DNA of 63,738 nucleotides, the filler included, from Octopus bimaculoides (Eukaryota), in the NCBI RefSeq assembly GCF_001194135.2. It is 4 parts of 4 records of this genome, joined end to end, with 100 filler letters (N's around TTAATTAATTAA, not from the genome) between each part and the next. Parts side by side here need not be neighbours in the genome. Positions count along the whole stretch, not along the records: positions 1 to 29,628 come from NC_068990.1; 3 more parts are not named here. One strand, written 5' to 3'. This document shows positions 13,194-26,854 of the stretch, piece after piece. The notes below the pieces were generated by a model that saw only the letters and a program-made list of their open reading frames with translations, had not been told where the DNA came from and searched no databases. Both the position numbers and the translations under genes were made by a program. The stretch's first letter is position 1, and each line of letters opens with the position of its first letter.

Positions 13194-13198
<5 letters not shown>
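13012..13198 (+). mobile_element. SINE family A, flanked by (ATT)n on both sides
   Basis: cgttctgagttcaaattccgcc...gctggccttgcagcaaaatttgaaacc followed by an (ATT)n tail. Confidence 0.8.
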
Positions 13199-13267
<69 letters not shown>

Positions 13268-13384
13268 TATCAAAATAATCCCTCAGACCAGATGGTGTCC
13301 AGGACTTCTGGTTCAAAAATCTCCCAGCTATACAGTTATATACGACCGTTTTCTTTTCTTTCTTTTTTTTCTTTTTTTTTTAAT

Positions 13385-13775
13385 ACTGAATGCATAGCTA
13401 ATGGAACACCAGCATGGATGGCAAAAGGAACGACAATGTTGATGCAGAAGGATAAAGAAAAGACAGGGGAAGTCGGCAATTATAGATCTATTACTTGTTT
13501 ACCATTACACTGGAAGCTATTAACTGGCTTCATGGAAGATGAAGCATATAATTTCCTGGAAAAGGAGAATCTATTGCCAGAGGAGCAAAAAGGATATAGG
13601 AAGAAATCAAGAAATATAGATAATAAATATTAAACAAGGTACGAGTAAGGAAGAAGAATTTAGATGTTAGATGGATAGATTACAGGAAAGCTTACGACAA
13701 TGTCCAACACAACTGGCTCTCGGAGTACCTGAGAAAGCTCGGAGTCAATGAGAAGATGAACAAAATATATCATCC
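13385..13775 (+). mobile_element. R4-like reverse transcriptase N-terminal fragment
   Basis: PAWMAKGTTMLMQKDK..GNYRSITCLPLHWKLLTG..LLPEEQKG and WIDYRKAYDNVQH, RT domains 0-3 of RLE-type LINEs. Confidence 0.85.
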
Positions 13776-15383
13776 TCATCAAAGAGGCCTGCTAGGATCG
13801 CCTGTTTAGTCTCCGACGCCCCGACTGTGTGACTTATACAAGCGTATATATACACGCGCACGCACACTTACATTCATACATACATATATGTATATACATA
13901 TTGTGGTCAATTGATAATTGTTAGAACGTCGCTTAGAATGCAATGTATTGTTAATTCAAACTCTCTTTGCTCTATAGTTTATAAATGTATACCTTTTCCA
14001 GGGTGGTAGATTGACGAAATTAATAGAGCATTGAACAGAACTCCTCGTGGCATCAGTTCCCCGCCCAGAAAACAATACTAATATTCTCTTTAAATAAAAA
14101 TAATCTATGCAGTCACAATGCAAACAAAATGATTTTGCTGTTTAAACTTACCCAGGGGAACCATGAGTGAACAGACCTATAACATAAAGTCGTTCCAACA
14201 ATGATCATATAGTCCTTTCGTACATCTAGAACGTCATTGTGAAATAATTTATCCATTTTTTTTTTCTTTTTTGAGACAAAGCGTGATTTAAGGAGATTTA
14301 ACTGTTCTTTCAAGCAGAACAAACAACCACTTAGTGAACGAGATGATGTGTTGTTTATTATGTAAGTTATAATAAAGATATCATCGATAAAATTTAGAAC
14401 CAACTACTAAGAAATAAAATGGATTTACCTTTCTTTATAATTGTGTTTATGTATGCCTTTTTCTCCGAAATAAAGTGATGTGCAATATCGTTATTAGTTA
14501 TAAAATCGGAGAGCTACTTCTGCCAATACAAGAAATCTAAAGGAACTTCAGTTTATTCTCCAATTATCATTGTTCGTGGTTCTGACTCAAAACAATACCA
14601 TTTGTTCAGATGACATCTTTTCTTTTATTTCTATCGAGTTTTGTACTTAAACGTTTTCTCACAGAATGCAAATGTCCGATTTTTTCTATAGCCATTTTTC
14701 TCCCTTAGCAATGCTATTGTATTTTGTGACTAGATGAGTGATAACAGAATTTGTATTTTTGTCATTTTCAAGACTAATCGACTCCAATATTTATATTTTC
14801 TTCAACCATTTGCATTTCTTTTATTCAAGCGAGAAAACTTCTGATAGTATTTGTTTAGTCACACACAAAATAATTTCCGAGAGTATACCGCGCAAAAAGA
14901 ATTGCTCAATCTTTATCTCTTTAAAGATTAGTGAACTGGTTAAATTTTGTGATTTGGCACAGGTTACTTTGAATAATAGTCTTTTAATATTGCTCGACCA
15001 CAACTGTTGGCAGGCTGATGCCATTCAACCAATAAAATTGTATGTCTTTTCTCTTTTCTCCACACATTTATCTCTTACACTTCTAGTTTTCCTTACCGAT
15101 TCTTTCTTGTTCTTTTAGTTTTACCTCGTCAATAATTTCACTCATTAATATATTATACTGTCTTTCTCACAGTTCTACACACTATAATCTTTAAGAGTTC
15201 GTTCTCTTTTAGTATTGTCCTTTTCCTATATATATTACAACAAACATATTTCTTGGCAAATATCAATACATCTCATATCAACTGGCATAGATTTTATAGT
15301 CAAAATCTCTTATAAACACTTTTTACAGCAGATATTATACGTGTGAGTATTTGTTTGTGATAGTGTGTGAATGCATGTGTGCA

Positions 15384-15414
<31 letters not shown>

Positions 15415-15674
15415 GTATGATATATGCATAAGTGAATATAAGTGATATATGCATGTGTATGAGTGTGTGTATATATATATATATGTGTGTGTGTATGTAT
15501 ACTTTTTTAGGTATATATATATATATATGTAATTATACATATATAACCATATATATATATATACNNNNNNNNNNNNNNNNNNNNNNNNNNNNNNNNNNNN
15601 NNNNNNNNNNNNNNNNGTGTGTGCGTAAACAGAGATTAAATAGAGACAGACAGATACATACATACATGCATACA

Positions 15675-15708
<34 letters not shown>

Positions 15709-16014
15709 CATACATATTCTGAATATATTAAAGATTGGTGGGTTTACAGTAAAACCTGCGTTGAGAACCGATTCTCCTTCGAAACTTACTCAACTCAGTA
15801 CTGTGCGAAAAGAAATTGTAAAATGAAATATGAAGCAAATGAAATAAGCTCCAGGGAATCTGTGCATCGTTGCTGGCGCGAAGGTAAATATTGACATGAA
15901 CAATAAACCAACAAATAACGTAATTTATAGAATATAAATTTATTTATAGAATATCAAGATTTTGCTAAAACAATATCTCACAGACCATATATCTTTGAAT
16001 GGTTTACAATAAAT

Positions 16015-16420
16015 AAATTCTATGGCACTGACGAGTGGTAAAATATTTTGCTTCACAACCACAGGTTCCGAGTTCAGTCTCACTGCGTGGCACCTTGGTC
16101 TAGTGTTTTCTACTATAGCCCCAGGCCGACCAAAGCCTTGTGAGTGGATTTGGTAGACTGTGTGTGTGTGTAGACATATGTTTTTGTGTATGCGTGTTTG
16201 TCCCCCACCACCGCTTGTCAGGTATTGCTGATTTGTTTTCAACCCCGTTCAACATTAGAGGTCGATTTGGCGGTTCAACAATAGTGATCGGTATAATGAG
16301 TACTGAGCTTTAAAAAAATATAACTACTGGTTCCGATTTGTTCGAATAAAACCCTTCGAGTCGGTGCCTCTGCATGGCAGCAGTCCAATGATTAAAACCA
16401 GTAAAAGATAAAATATATGG
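16015..16420 (+). mobile_element. SINE family B, diverged
   Basis: gagttcagtctcactgcgtggcaccttgg...gccgaccaaagccttgtgagtggatttggtagac, internal (TG)n, 3' part. Confidence 0.75.
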
Positions 16421-16898
16421 AATGGTGTCCAGAATTTATAAAACAAGTATTGAAACGATAGTTACACTGCAGTGCAAAACTTTTAAATGAAAAAGTAATT
16501 TCTGTTGTAAAACGACAGATATTACAGAAGTAACGAATAAGCAAATGATATACATGAACTTGGTTTATATTTGTACGGAACTAAAAGAAATGCAAGCTTT
16601 GTTGTAACCTGTTCTAAGATAGGCGCTACGAACTACATTATAAAATACGGATTTGTTTCTGTGACCTCGAAACAATACACCTATAAATAATTGATAATAA
16701 AATAATCCTTTTTACTTCCAACTTTAATGCTATGTCGTCTGGAGAAATGAACACATGAACAAAGATTCACCTAATGTCCATGAATATTATTAATTGTATA
16801 ATAATCATCCTAGGAATGCGGATTACGGTTATAAATACATGTGATTTGTGGAAACGGGTGTAGCAATTCATTAAAATATTTATATATTCTATCCTTGG

Positions 16899-16949
<51 letters not shown>

Positions 16950-17406
16950 GTTATTATTATTATTATTATATTTATCTTACATTATATCGGCACAACTCAG
17001 TACGATTCCATAAAACTNNNNNNNNNNNNNNNNNNNNNNNNNNNNNNNNNNNNNNNNNNNNNNNNNNNNNNNNNNNNNNNNNNNNNNNNNNNNNNNNNNN
17101 NNNNNNNNNNNNNNNNNNNNNNNNNNNNNNNNNNNNNNNNNNNNNNNNNNNNNNNNNNNNNNNNNNNNNNNNNNNNNNNNNNNNNNNNNNNNNNNNNNNN
17201 NNNNNNNNNNNNNNNNNNNNNNNNNNNNNNNNNNNNNNNNNNNNNNNNNNNNNNNNNNNNNNNNNNNNNNNNNNNNNNNNNNNNNNNNNNNNNNNNNNNN
17301 NNNNNNNNNNNNNNNNNNNNNNNNNNNNNNNNNNNNNNNNNNNNNNNNNNNNNNNNNNNNNNNNNNNNNNNNNNNATGTATATATATATATATATACATA
17401 TATATA

Positions 17407-19108
17407 CTAGCAGATATACCCGGCGTTGCCCGAGTTAAAGGGGATAGTGAAATTTTAAAACGCCGTCAAGATTATGCAGGTCTCAACTGCTGGTAGCTGA
17501 GATACTAGCTTTCTACATTAATAACTCTCCAACCATATTTCAAAAGCACGTTTTGTGTAGCTTATTTAGTAACTGAAAAACAGGTGCAGATTATAAACAA
17601 TGAAAGGCCGAATTTGGTGATTCATTTGACAGAAGTAGTAGAGAGCCAATCTGATGATAAATCTGACCTTGGATCTTGAAAGTTTGCATGAATTCTGACT
17701 CAGTTAAATCTCTTTTGGCTCCAAATGATGTAATCTGTAGTGCAGCGTTGTATTGCCTAATTTTGTTTTGAAAGTGCTTGGAATCTTGATCAGTTGATGA
17801 CAACAGTTTCTTCAATGATTCTGGAGGTTAAGGGATTGCAGGGAGTTTAACCTTGCACCACTGCAGCCCAGTGAAGGTGTCTCTCAAAGCCACTTATTTA
17901 CTTTACAATGCATGTACTCAGTTGTAATTGCACCAATGGAAACTCTAGTGTCATCTACATAATGAACTGCTGGATCATAATTGAAAGCTGCTTCATAAAA
18001 GTTGCTTCTCTGAGCTATTGAAACTGCTCTTCGTTCTGCAGTGGAGATCCTATTCCTTGTCAGCTGTGCATACCTCTGTGCATCACTTTTGAGGTGCTCT
18101 GGCTTTTGTAGTGCGCAGTCTGTTCGTTTCTTGGTATGCTTCCCTTTCTGCAGCTGTCTCTCTTTCCCTGGACAGAGATATTCTTTTGGTTGACCTTGAC
18201 ATTGTAGACAAATTTGACACTTTCTTTCTAGACATGGTTATATACGTATGCAGAAATACACGGGTGCCGAAGATACTAAACAATGAAAATAACTGGGTAA
18301 CGGAAATTATATTTCTTAATACGACGGGTAGAAAGTAAATAAGAATTTTTTACGGAAAATAAACAATTGTATGGGTGGGAAACAAAATTTTTGACTTAGT
18401 GAACCAAAGAGCCAGTATCGAAGGAACCAGAAAAAAGACGTTAACAGAAAAACACAAAACCGTTGCAAAGGTAAATAAGTAATTTTTAGGGAAATTAACT
18501 AAGTGTACGGATTTAAGTGAAATTATTGAAGTTACTTCTGCCAGTGTTGCCGGTGTTGTAGTATTGATTGTTTAAATCAAAAAGATACTACTACGGATAT
18601 ACGTAGAAGTATGAGAATATGAACATGTGTATATATATATATATATATATTATATATGTATATTTGCTTACAAATCCTACATAAATGAAAAAATATTAAG
18701 CATTAACATAACCCCAAATTAAATAAACATTTCTCCAAAACATCTTTCCGTAACAACTCACCCTAAAACCTGATTACCATTCCACTGAAACCCACATAAT
18801 AAAGGAAGATTTTAGCCCAAGAAAGACTACAAAAACGAAGAGTGACTTCACTGTATTACAGTCCAACGCAGGTTTAATGGGCCGAAACTTCGAAGTTATA
18901 TTCGTGTTCAAAAATGAAAAAAACAAAATCATTATGTATATAAATATAAAGCAACCCATCAGATAAAGGTAAAATTTTGATTATCATGAATATTAAAACA
19001 AATATATTTAAAAAATAAGTGCATTTTCAAACCTTCTTTCATATATATTTCCACTCGTACGGTATTCCACAACTTTACTTTATTATATATATATATATAT
19101 ATATATAT
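17407..19108 (-). mobile_element. Helitron, internally deleted
   Basis: 3' terminus CTAG|T (17407-17410) preceded by hairpin 17418-17435. The presumed 5' end runs into (TA)n and a gap at ~19108. Confidence 0.9.
17591..18240 (-). pseudogene. Helitron RepHel N-terminal remnant
   Basis: AAFNYDP..HY....SIG......HC...KW.*E....GC..GKVKLP..PPESLKKLL...SKHFQNKIRQYNAALQITSFGA...FKIQGQIYHQIGSLL, with stops and a frameshift. Confidence 0.9.
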
Positions 19109-19689
19109 NNNNNNNNNNNNNNNNNNNNNNNNNNNNNNNNNNNNNNNNNNNNNNNNNNNNNNNNNNNNNNNNNNNNNNNNNNNNNNNNNNNNNNNNNNNN
19201 NNNNNNNNNNNNNNNNNNNNNNNNNNNNNNNNNNNNNNNNNNNNNNNNNNNNNNNNNNNNNNNNNNNNNNNNNNNNNNNNNNNNNNNNNNNNNNNNNNNN
19301 NNNNNNNNNNNNNNNNNNNNNNNNNNNNNNNNNNNNNNNNNNNNNNNNNNNNNNNNNNNNNNNNNNNNNNNNNNNNNNNNNNNNNNNNNNNNNNNNNNNN
19401 NNNNNNNNNNNNNNNNNNNNNNNNNNNNNNNNNNNNNNNNNNNNNNNNNNNNNNNNNNNNNNNNNNNNNNNNNNNNNNNNNNNNNNNNNNNNNNNNNNNN
19501 NNNNNNNNNNNNCGTATACCGGCTTCCCCATCAAAAACGTCCGTGGTTCATCTGAACAATCTTTCTAAATTCAATATAATTTACAGAACTATATACGAAT
19601 TGTGTTCATAAAATTTGACGTGCGTACAGTTCTACCGATTACATTGGGGTTATTTTCAAATGTCTCAGCACTCGGAAGTACGTGTGAGT

Positions 19690-20839
19690 GGAGAGAGGAG
19701 AGGGGAGGAGGGTTAGATGAAGAGGGGAGGAGAGTTGAGCCCATGTGGCGCAAAGGAGCGAAGAGAGAATATTAATCCCTGTTCACGGTGAAGGCGGGAG
19801 TCGGGAGGGTCTCTGTGCAAGGACAATCCGAACACAGACAGGTGTTGTAAAGAACGACCGGCAGAGCGGAAATTGCGCGAGAATGTTGTGTCTTTGCCGA
19901 GTCTGATGTCTCGGAGGTGTTCAGCCAAGCGGCGTCCTGTTTGACCGATGTATAGAGAACGACAAAGAGAGCAGGAGATGCAGTAGATGACTTTGCTAGA
20001 AGTGCATGTGAAGGAGTCAGTGATATAATAGGGTCGATGATGGGTGCCTGTGAGGAGGGTTGTGTTGGAGAGGTAAGGGCAAGTGCAGCAGCGTGGGCGG
20101 GAGCAAGGGAAGGATCCTGGCTGGGAGGTTGGGTTAGGGAAGAAACTGTGGACCAAGAGGTCTCGTAGGTTGTGGGCTCATTTGAAGGAGGAGAGGGGTC
20201 GGTTAGGGAAGATGTGCCAAGTGGAGTGGCCGGAAGATCGGAGAATGGTGCATTGGAGAGGTAGGTTGGTGAGGTGATAGGTGAGGGGATATCCACGTAG
20301 GTTGAAGTAGCGAGCCATGAGTTGAGACTGAATCTCAAAGTCATGATCGTCACTGCAGAGCCTGCGTAGACGGAGGAATTGGGAATAGGGATGGAGATCT
20401 TGGTGTGTTATGGTGGGAGGAGGAGAAGTTGAGGTATGAGTGTGAGTTTGTGTGTTTGCAGTGGATGGAGGTGGTGAGAGTGGAGTGATGAATGCTGACC
20501 GAAATGTCGAGAAAGGTGACTGAAGTGTCGGAAATAGTGCAGAAGAAGAGGGCAAGATGGAAAGATTTGAGAAAAGAGAAGAAGGAGTCTAGATGTTCAC
20601 GGAAGAGTGAGGTCGCACCGATACAGTCGTCAATATAATGACCGTATAGTCCGGGAGTGGGACCAGTGAAACTTGAGAATATTTGGGCCCATTCTCATTC
20701 CCATAACCACTCCACACTGCTCGTAAAAATCACCCGCGAACGAGACACACTTAAGGGAGAGGACAAGTTCGGCCAAACGAAGGAGTGTGGATGTGTCAGG
20801 TTGGGAGTTGAGCCGAAGGTCAGAGAAATGTTAGACTGC
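19690..20839 (-). mobile_element. Penelope-like element (Neptune-like), degenerate RT plus GIY-YIG endonuclease
   Basis: TLLRLAELVL..GVVMGMRMGP; YIDD at 20626-20637; VTFLDIS..HSYLNFSSSH; PYSQFLRLRRLCS..F..RGYP; Cys linker CSRPRCCTC; VIYCISC..YIGQT (19713-20156). The 5' part is lost in a gap. Confidence 0.92.
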
Positions 20840-21196
20840 NNNNNNNNNNNNNNNNNNNNNNNNNNNNNNNNNNNNNNNNNNNNNNNNNNNNNNNNNNNNN
20901 NNNNNNNNNNNNNNNNNNNNNNNNNNNNNNNNNNNNNNNNNNNNNNNNNNNNNNNNNNNNNNNNNNNNNNNNNNNNNNNNNNNNNNNNNNNNNNNNNNNN
21001 NNNNNNNNNNNNNNNNNNNNNNNNNNNNNNNNNNNNNNNNNNNNNNNNNNNNNNNNNNNNNNNNNNNNNNNNNNNNNNNNNNNNNNNNNNNNNNNNNNNN
21101 NNCAAGATGCCACGCAGTGGGACTCAACCATGTGATTGGGAAGCAAGCTTCTTACCACATATCCACGCCTGTGCTTATGTATATATATATATATAC

Positions 21197-21257
<61 letters not shown>

Positions 21258-22176
21258 TATATGTATGTATATATAGTCTGTACATTAATGGTTCAACATT
21301 TGAAAACTGATAGAATGATACACAAACACACGCGCATGCATACGCATATAAGTATATTATAAACATACATATGATTTATGAAGACATATACAAATGTGCG
21401 TGTGTGAGTGCATGTATGTGCACGCGCGCGTGTGTGTAAGCTTCCCTTCTATTTCATTGGTGCACGTATCTTCTTTAGGCACCTTTTTTTAGCGTTGTTT
21501 CTTCGCTTTATATTTATTCATTCACCTACTTTCGCTCTTCTGATTGGATGTATTATTTGTATATTTGTTTGTTTCTTCTTTACTTTATAATCCTACTTGT
21601 GCTCTCACTTATACATGAGTATTTGTATATGTATATTAATAGCTCGTAAATATATGTACGTACCTACATATATATATATATGTGTGNNNNNNNNNNNNNN
21701 NNNNNNNNNNNNNNNNNNNNNNNNNNNNNNNNNNNNNNNNNNNNNNNNNNNNNNNNNNNNNNNNNNNNNNNNNNNNNNNNNNNNNNAGAAGGTAGTAGAT
21801 TTTGATTAATTTATCATGGTTTAAGGATATCGAAAGTTAATGCAGTACGATAGTTTCATATTTCAGCAATGTGAACATTACATCAAATATAAAATGCAGA
21901 GCAATCCTCAGCTGCACAAAGATATAAAAATTTACTGAAATTACATTTCAACAGAAGGACATATTTTTGTAACAACATTTAAACTCTCCCAGTAGAAAGG
22001 AAGAATACAGAAAACCATTTTGACTGAGCCAGATCATACAGGCTAAGATTTTTAACTGTCGCTGATTTTATTTGTTTTATTTGTTTCTGTTTTATGGATC
22101 ATCTTATCAGACCTAGCGATTCAAAGCTTAAGAGGGCACCAGCAATTTTTACAGAACTCACCTCCCAAACCGGAGT

Positions 22177-22207
<31 letters not shown>

Positions 22208-23801
22208 CGACCCTAGTACTGTTTTGTAAGTCCGGTGCTTGTTCTCTCATCCCTTTTGTCGAACCGCCAGCTTACAGGCACATAAACTCACCAACACCAG
22301 TTGTTAAGCGGTTGGGGGGGGGACGAACACAGATACNNNNNNNNNNNNNNNNNNNNNNNNNNNNNNNNNNNNNNNNNNNNNNNNNNNNNNNNNNNNNNNN
22401 NNNNNNNNNNNNNNNNNNNNNNNNNNNNNNNNNNNNNNNNNNNNNNNNNNNNNNNNNNNNNNNNNNNNNNNNNNNNNNNNNNNNNNNNNNNNNNNNNNNN
22501 NNNNNNNNNNNNNNNNNNNNNNNNNNNNNNNNNNNNNNNNNNNNNNNNNNNNNNNNNNNNNNNNNNNNNNNNNNNNNNNNNNNNNNNNNNNNNNNNNNNN
22601 NNNNNNNNNNNNNNNNCGCGCGCGCGTTTGTACTGAAAACTATATCGTTATCATTCAGAATTTCTCGTAATCTTTTCAGCTCTGTTGAAGCATATCCATT
22701 TTGTTAAACAATCTAGTCAGTTTCGAACTATCTTCTGCTTACATTATTTAACGCAGCTTCTTTTTAAAACTGAAAAATGTGAGTCTAGGGGAATTTTACT
22801 GCTATTCTTAGCATATCTGGTGACCACTTAGTAGCTGCCTCGTTGATTCCTGTTATTTTGTCACTATACTACGGTATTTGTGTTTTTAATGGTTGTGTCA
22901 TATTTTGCTATTAATAAAGTTTCCATGACTAATGTTCTAGGTTTGCGGAGAATTCTATATGACGACTGTTTTTTTTTATTTATTTTATTTACTTTTTTGT
23001 CTCTTTTGTTATTATTTAGTTCGAAATCATCCCTGATCTAACAGACATTAAGATCAAAAGCATTCCACTAATAATCATCCCGTTCATGATTTTTTTCTTT
23101 TTTTTTTCATACATAATGTACCCCGGATTACATTATTCAATATGTCCTTTTTGTAAGGCGATAGGAGTGTGATTTCAGGGATTGACTAATGTTTTTCTAT
23201 TATCTAGTTTGTTTTGTATATTATAATGCAATGTGTTACAATGGTGTCTTGCCGTAATTGCCTGGTAATTGCCAGTGAGACGGTGTCGTACTTGTGTGTT
23301 AAATGTAACAGTTAGAATTATGAAGTGCACAACTTTCATGTTTGCATACACATTTATAAATTACATTAGTCAACTGAGGTTTAAGTGTATTGCAAGGTTT
23401 ACGGTCCGTTGTTAATGACATAAAATTGAAACATTTTGCTGTTTTGGTAATATATTATTAATTCCGCTTTATGATGGGGTATAATGCATAACGTGCTCTG
23501 TTTGAACAGTTTTTTTTATAAAGTATTCATTACTCTATAGTCCAAGTGCATTTGGTTCTCTTAATTCGCTTCTCGTTGTAGTCGTTGTTATTGTTTAGCT
23601 TCATGTAAGCTTTGGATCAGTAAACGTATAAACCCATAAGCAAAGATTTTTCAAACAGTAACCATTGTCTTTTTATTTCAGACAGGTTTTCTAAGACATT
23701 TAAAAAAAATTTTCATCTAAAGTGTCAGTCTATGCTTTCGAAGACGGTACAATGTGTGGCTGGAGAGTGAATTGACTGCTCTTTATAACAGGTTATTGAA
23801 G

Positions 23802-24212
23802 GCGGTCATAGGACTCGCGGTCATAGGACTCGCGGTCATAGGACTCGCGGTCATAGGACTCGCGGTCATAGGATCGCAGTTTCGATTCCCAGACCGGGCG
23901 TTGTAAGTGTTTATTGAACGAAAACACCTAAAGTTCCACGAGGCTCCGGCAGGGGATGGTGGCGAACCCTGCTGTACTCTTTCACCACAACTTTCACTCA
24001 CTCTTACTTCCTGTTTCTGTTGTGCCTGTAATTCAAAGGGTCAGCCTTGTCACACTGAGTCACGGTGAATATCCCCGAGAATAACGTTAAAGGTACACGT
24101 GTCTGTGGGGTGCTCAGCCACTTGCATGTTAATTTCATGAGCAGGCTGTTCCGTTGATCGGATCAACTGGAAACCTCGACGTCGTAAGCGACGGAGTGCC
24201 AACAACAACAAG
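23802..24212 (+). mobile_element. SINE family C, 5'-truncated with tandem 15-mer at its 5' end
   Basis: Colinear with 60546-60919. (GGACTCGCGGTCATA)x4 at 23811-23870. (CAA)n tail. Confidence 0.9.
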
Positions 24213-24977
24213 CGACGGCTAAGAGGCTTCCTCATTCTTTTCTTTTATTCTNNNNNNNNNNNNNNNNNNNNNNNNNNNNNNNNNNNNNNNNNNNNNNNNN
24301 NNNNNNNNNNNNNNNNNNNNNNNNNNNNNNNNNNNNNNNNNNNNNNNNNNNNNNNNNNNNNNNNNNNNNNNNNNNNNNNNNNNNNNNNNNNNNNNNNNNN
24401 NNNNNNNNNNNNNNNNNNNNNNNNNNNNNNNNNNNNNNNNNNNNNNNNNNNNNNNNNNNNNNNNNNNNNNNNNNNNNNNNNNNNNNNNNNNNNNNNNNNN
24501 NNNNNNNNNNNNNNNNNNNNNNNNNNNNNNNNNNNNNNNNNNNNNNNNNNNNNNNNNNNNNNNNNNNNNNNNNNNNNNNNNNNNNNNNNNNNNNNNNNNN
24601 NNNNNNNNNNNNNNNNNNNNNNNNNNNNNNNNNNNNNNNNNNNNNNNNNNNNNNNNNNNNNNNNNNNNNNNNNNNNNNNNNNNNNNNNNNNNNNNNNNNN
24701 NNNNNNNNNNNNNNNNNNNNNNNNNNNNNNNNNNNNNNNNNNNNNNNNNNNNNNNNNNNNNNNNNNNNNNNNNNNNNNNNNNNNNNNNNNNNNNNNNNNN
24801 NNNNNNNNNNNNNNNNNNNNNNNNNNNNNNNNNNNNNNNNNNNNNNNNNNNNNNNNNNNNNNNNNNNNNNNNNNNNNNNNNNNNNNNNNNNNNNNNNNNN
24901 NNNNNNNNNNNNNNNNNNNNNNNNNNNNNNNNNNNNNNNNNNNNNNNNNNNNNNNNNNNNNNNNNNNNNNNNNNNNN

Positions 24978-25019
<42 letters not shown>

Positions 25020-25180
25020 AGACGGACTTTTGTTAGTTTCCGTCTATCAAATCGACTAAAAAGGTTTTACTCGGCCCGAGGCTTCAGTAGAAGACACTTA
25101 CCCAAGGTACCACGTAGAGTCACTGAACCCGGAAACATGAGGTTGAGAAACAAGCTTCTTCCTATATAGCCACGCCTGTG
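25020..25180 (-). mobile_element. SINE family B 5' half
   Basis: Reverse complement of ggctatataggaagaagcttg..gggttcagtgactctacgtggtaccttgggtaagtgtcttctactgaagcc. Confidence 0.7.
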
Positions 25181-25409
25181 TAATTCATTTTCACCAACTG
25201 TCGTGTTAGTTGTAGTTACTCTTTTATGTTTTGGTAGTCTTCTCTCCTGGTCTACTAAACTATTCTTACAATCGTTTCTCACATTCTGCCAATTTTATTT
25301 TATAAGGTTCAATATGCTTGTGCACATCATATTGTAAGTATGAATTTTCAACAGACAATTTATACTGGTTTCAAATTTTGATACAAGGCCAGCAATTTCA
25401 GGGGAGGGG

Positions 25410-26440
25410 TTACTGCTATGATACGCTGTTTCAACTCTTCTATTATTGTCCCAAATTCTTTCTCTTTGACTAAGTATATTTTCTCGAGGGAAGATTTGTA
25501 TCTTGTGATTTCTAACTTGTTCAGTTTCCAGACTTCTATTCTACTCAGATCTTGTCTTAAAGTCTTCACTTTATTTTGTAATCTTTTCCACATTTGTTCT
25601 TTTCTAATCTTTCCTTGAGGAATGCCTAATCTTCTAGTAACTACTACCCCTCCTGCATAAATCAATAAGTTAGTGTCTCCTATATTTCTAGTGTCTATCC
25701 TATTGATAACAGAACTTGCCTTCCTAAATCATATCTAGTAGCTTCCTTCTGTTGGTGCCGTTTAACGCTGGCAATCTTTTTCTCACTTCTTTACGCATTA
25801 TTCCCTGTAACTCATCTAAAATCTTCTGAACTTCCTCACTCAAATCCCCGGTGCCAATTGTCCCTTCCTAGTGCTAGTGCTATTACTATTTTTATAAGTT
25901 CTTTATTTGTTTGAATTTTATCTCTTATGTTGCTATTTGCTTTTCCTATTGCCTGTTCTTGCTTTTCCAGTTCTCTTGTGATCTTTAGCATCTTCAATTT
26001 TGTCATCCACTGTCTTCTAAAATCATTAACTTGATCTACTAGTCTCTGCTCAGTCACTTTAAACATACCCTTCTCTACCCAAAGTGTTAGCATCCGTTTT
26101 CTATAGCCCCTTTTTTTAGGTTCACTTTCTAAGTAGCACTGCGTCACTATCCTGTTTTCATTACTGGTCCACTTCCTCCTCCTTACTCTATTGTCTGCTG
26201 ATTCTGTCTTAGGATAACAGCTGTGGTCAGTCTGCATCTTTCCTGAACCACTGCCGAGTGAAAGGCCTTCTCTTAAAGATCCAACCTCATTTTTACTGTT
26301 ACAACCAGAGTTTCTCCGCAAATTCTTGTCTCTTATAAACTGAGGTAAGGTGACTTTCGCCCCCATCGTCATCACGACTATTACTTTTCGACATCTGATA
26401 ATTTCAAATAACTCTCTATTGCATTACTTGCTGCACTTTT
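25410..26440 (-). mobile_element. R4/Dong-like element, 5' part of the ORF
   Basis: RRRKWTSNENRIVTQCYLESEPKKRGYRKRMLTLW..EQRLVDQ and IYAGGVVVTRRLG..WKRLQNKVKTLRQDLSR..EELKQRI, the N-terminal region typical of this clade. Confidence 0.8.
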
Positions 26441-26771
26441 TGTGCTGGTGAGGTGTGTGTGCTTCATATTTTTCCTGGTAAATATTGTATTGTATCAGTA
26501 TATTTTCTTATAGGGTTTGATTTGAGATTTTTTGTTGTATTAGTTTTTGAATTTTGTGTTGTTTGTACAGTGCAGGTTGTGTTCTTCTGTTGGGTATCGG
26601 ACTTTTATGGCACATGTTGTGGGCTTTGTTAATTTTATTGGGTATATACTGAATGCATTTGGAGGTGTTGCATAGTAGTGTGTGTAAATCATAAATCAAC
26701 CAAGTATTCATAGTTATCTGTACATCGTTCTTTTTTTACGTTTACTTTTTAACAGAACATTATTGTTGTTG

Positions 26772-26803
<32 letters not shown>

Positions 26804-26854
26804 GACGTTACTGCTGCTGTTGTTACTTGTTTAATACTATTATTATTGTTATTT

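Noticed and set aside
14140-14240. Possible minus-strand exon ending in GTAAGT
   Set aside because: Weak acceptor and no recognisable peptide.
22630-22960. Possible decayed PLE thumb region (NRAEKI..ELKRLREIL)
   Set aside because: Motifs lie in different frames amid many stops; too weak to call.
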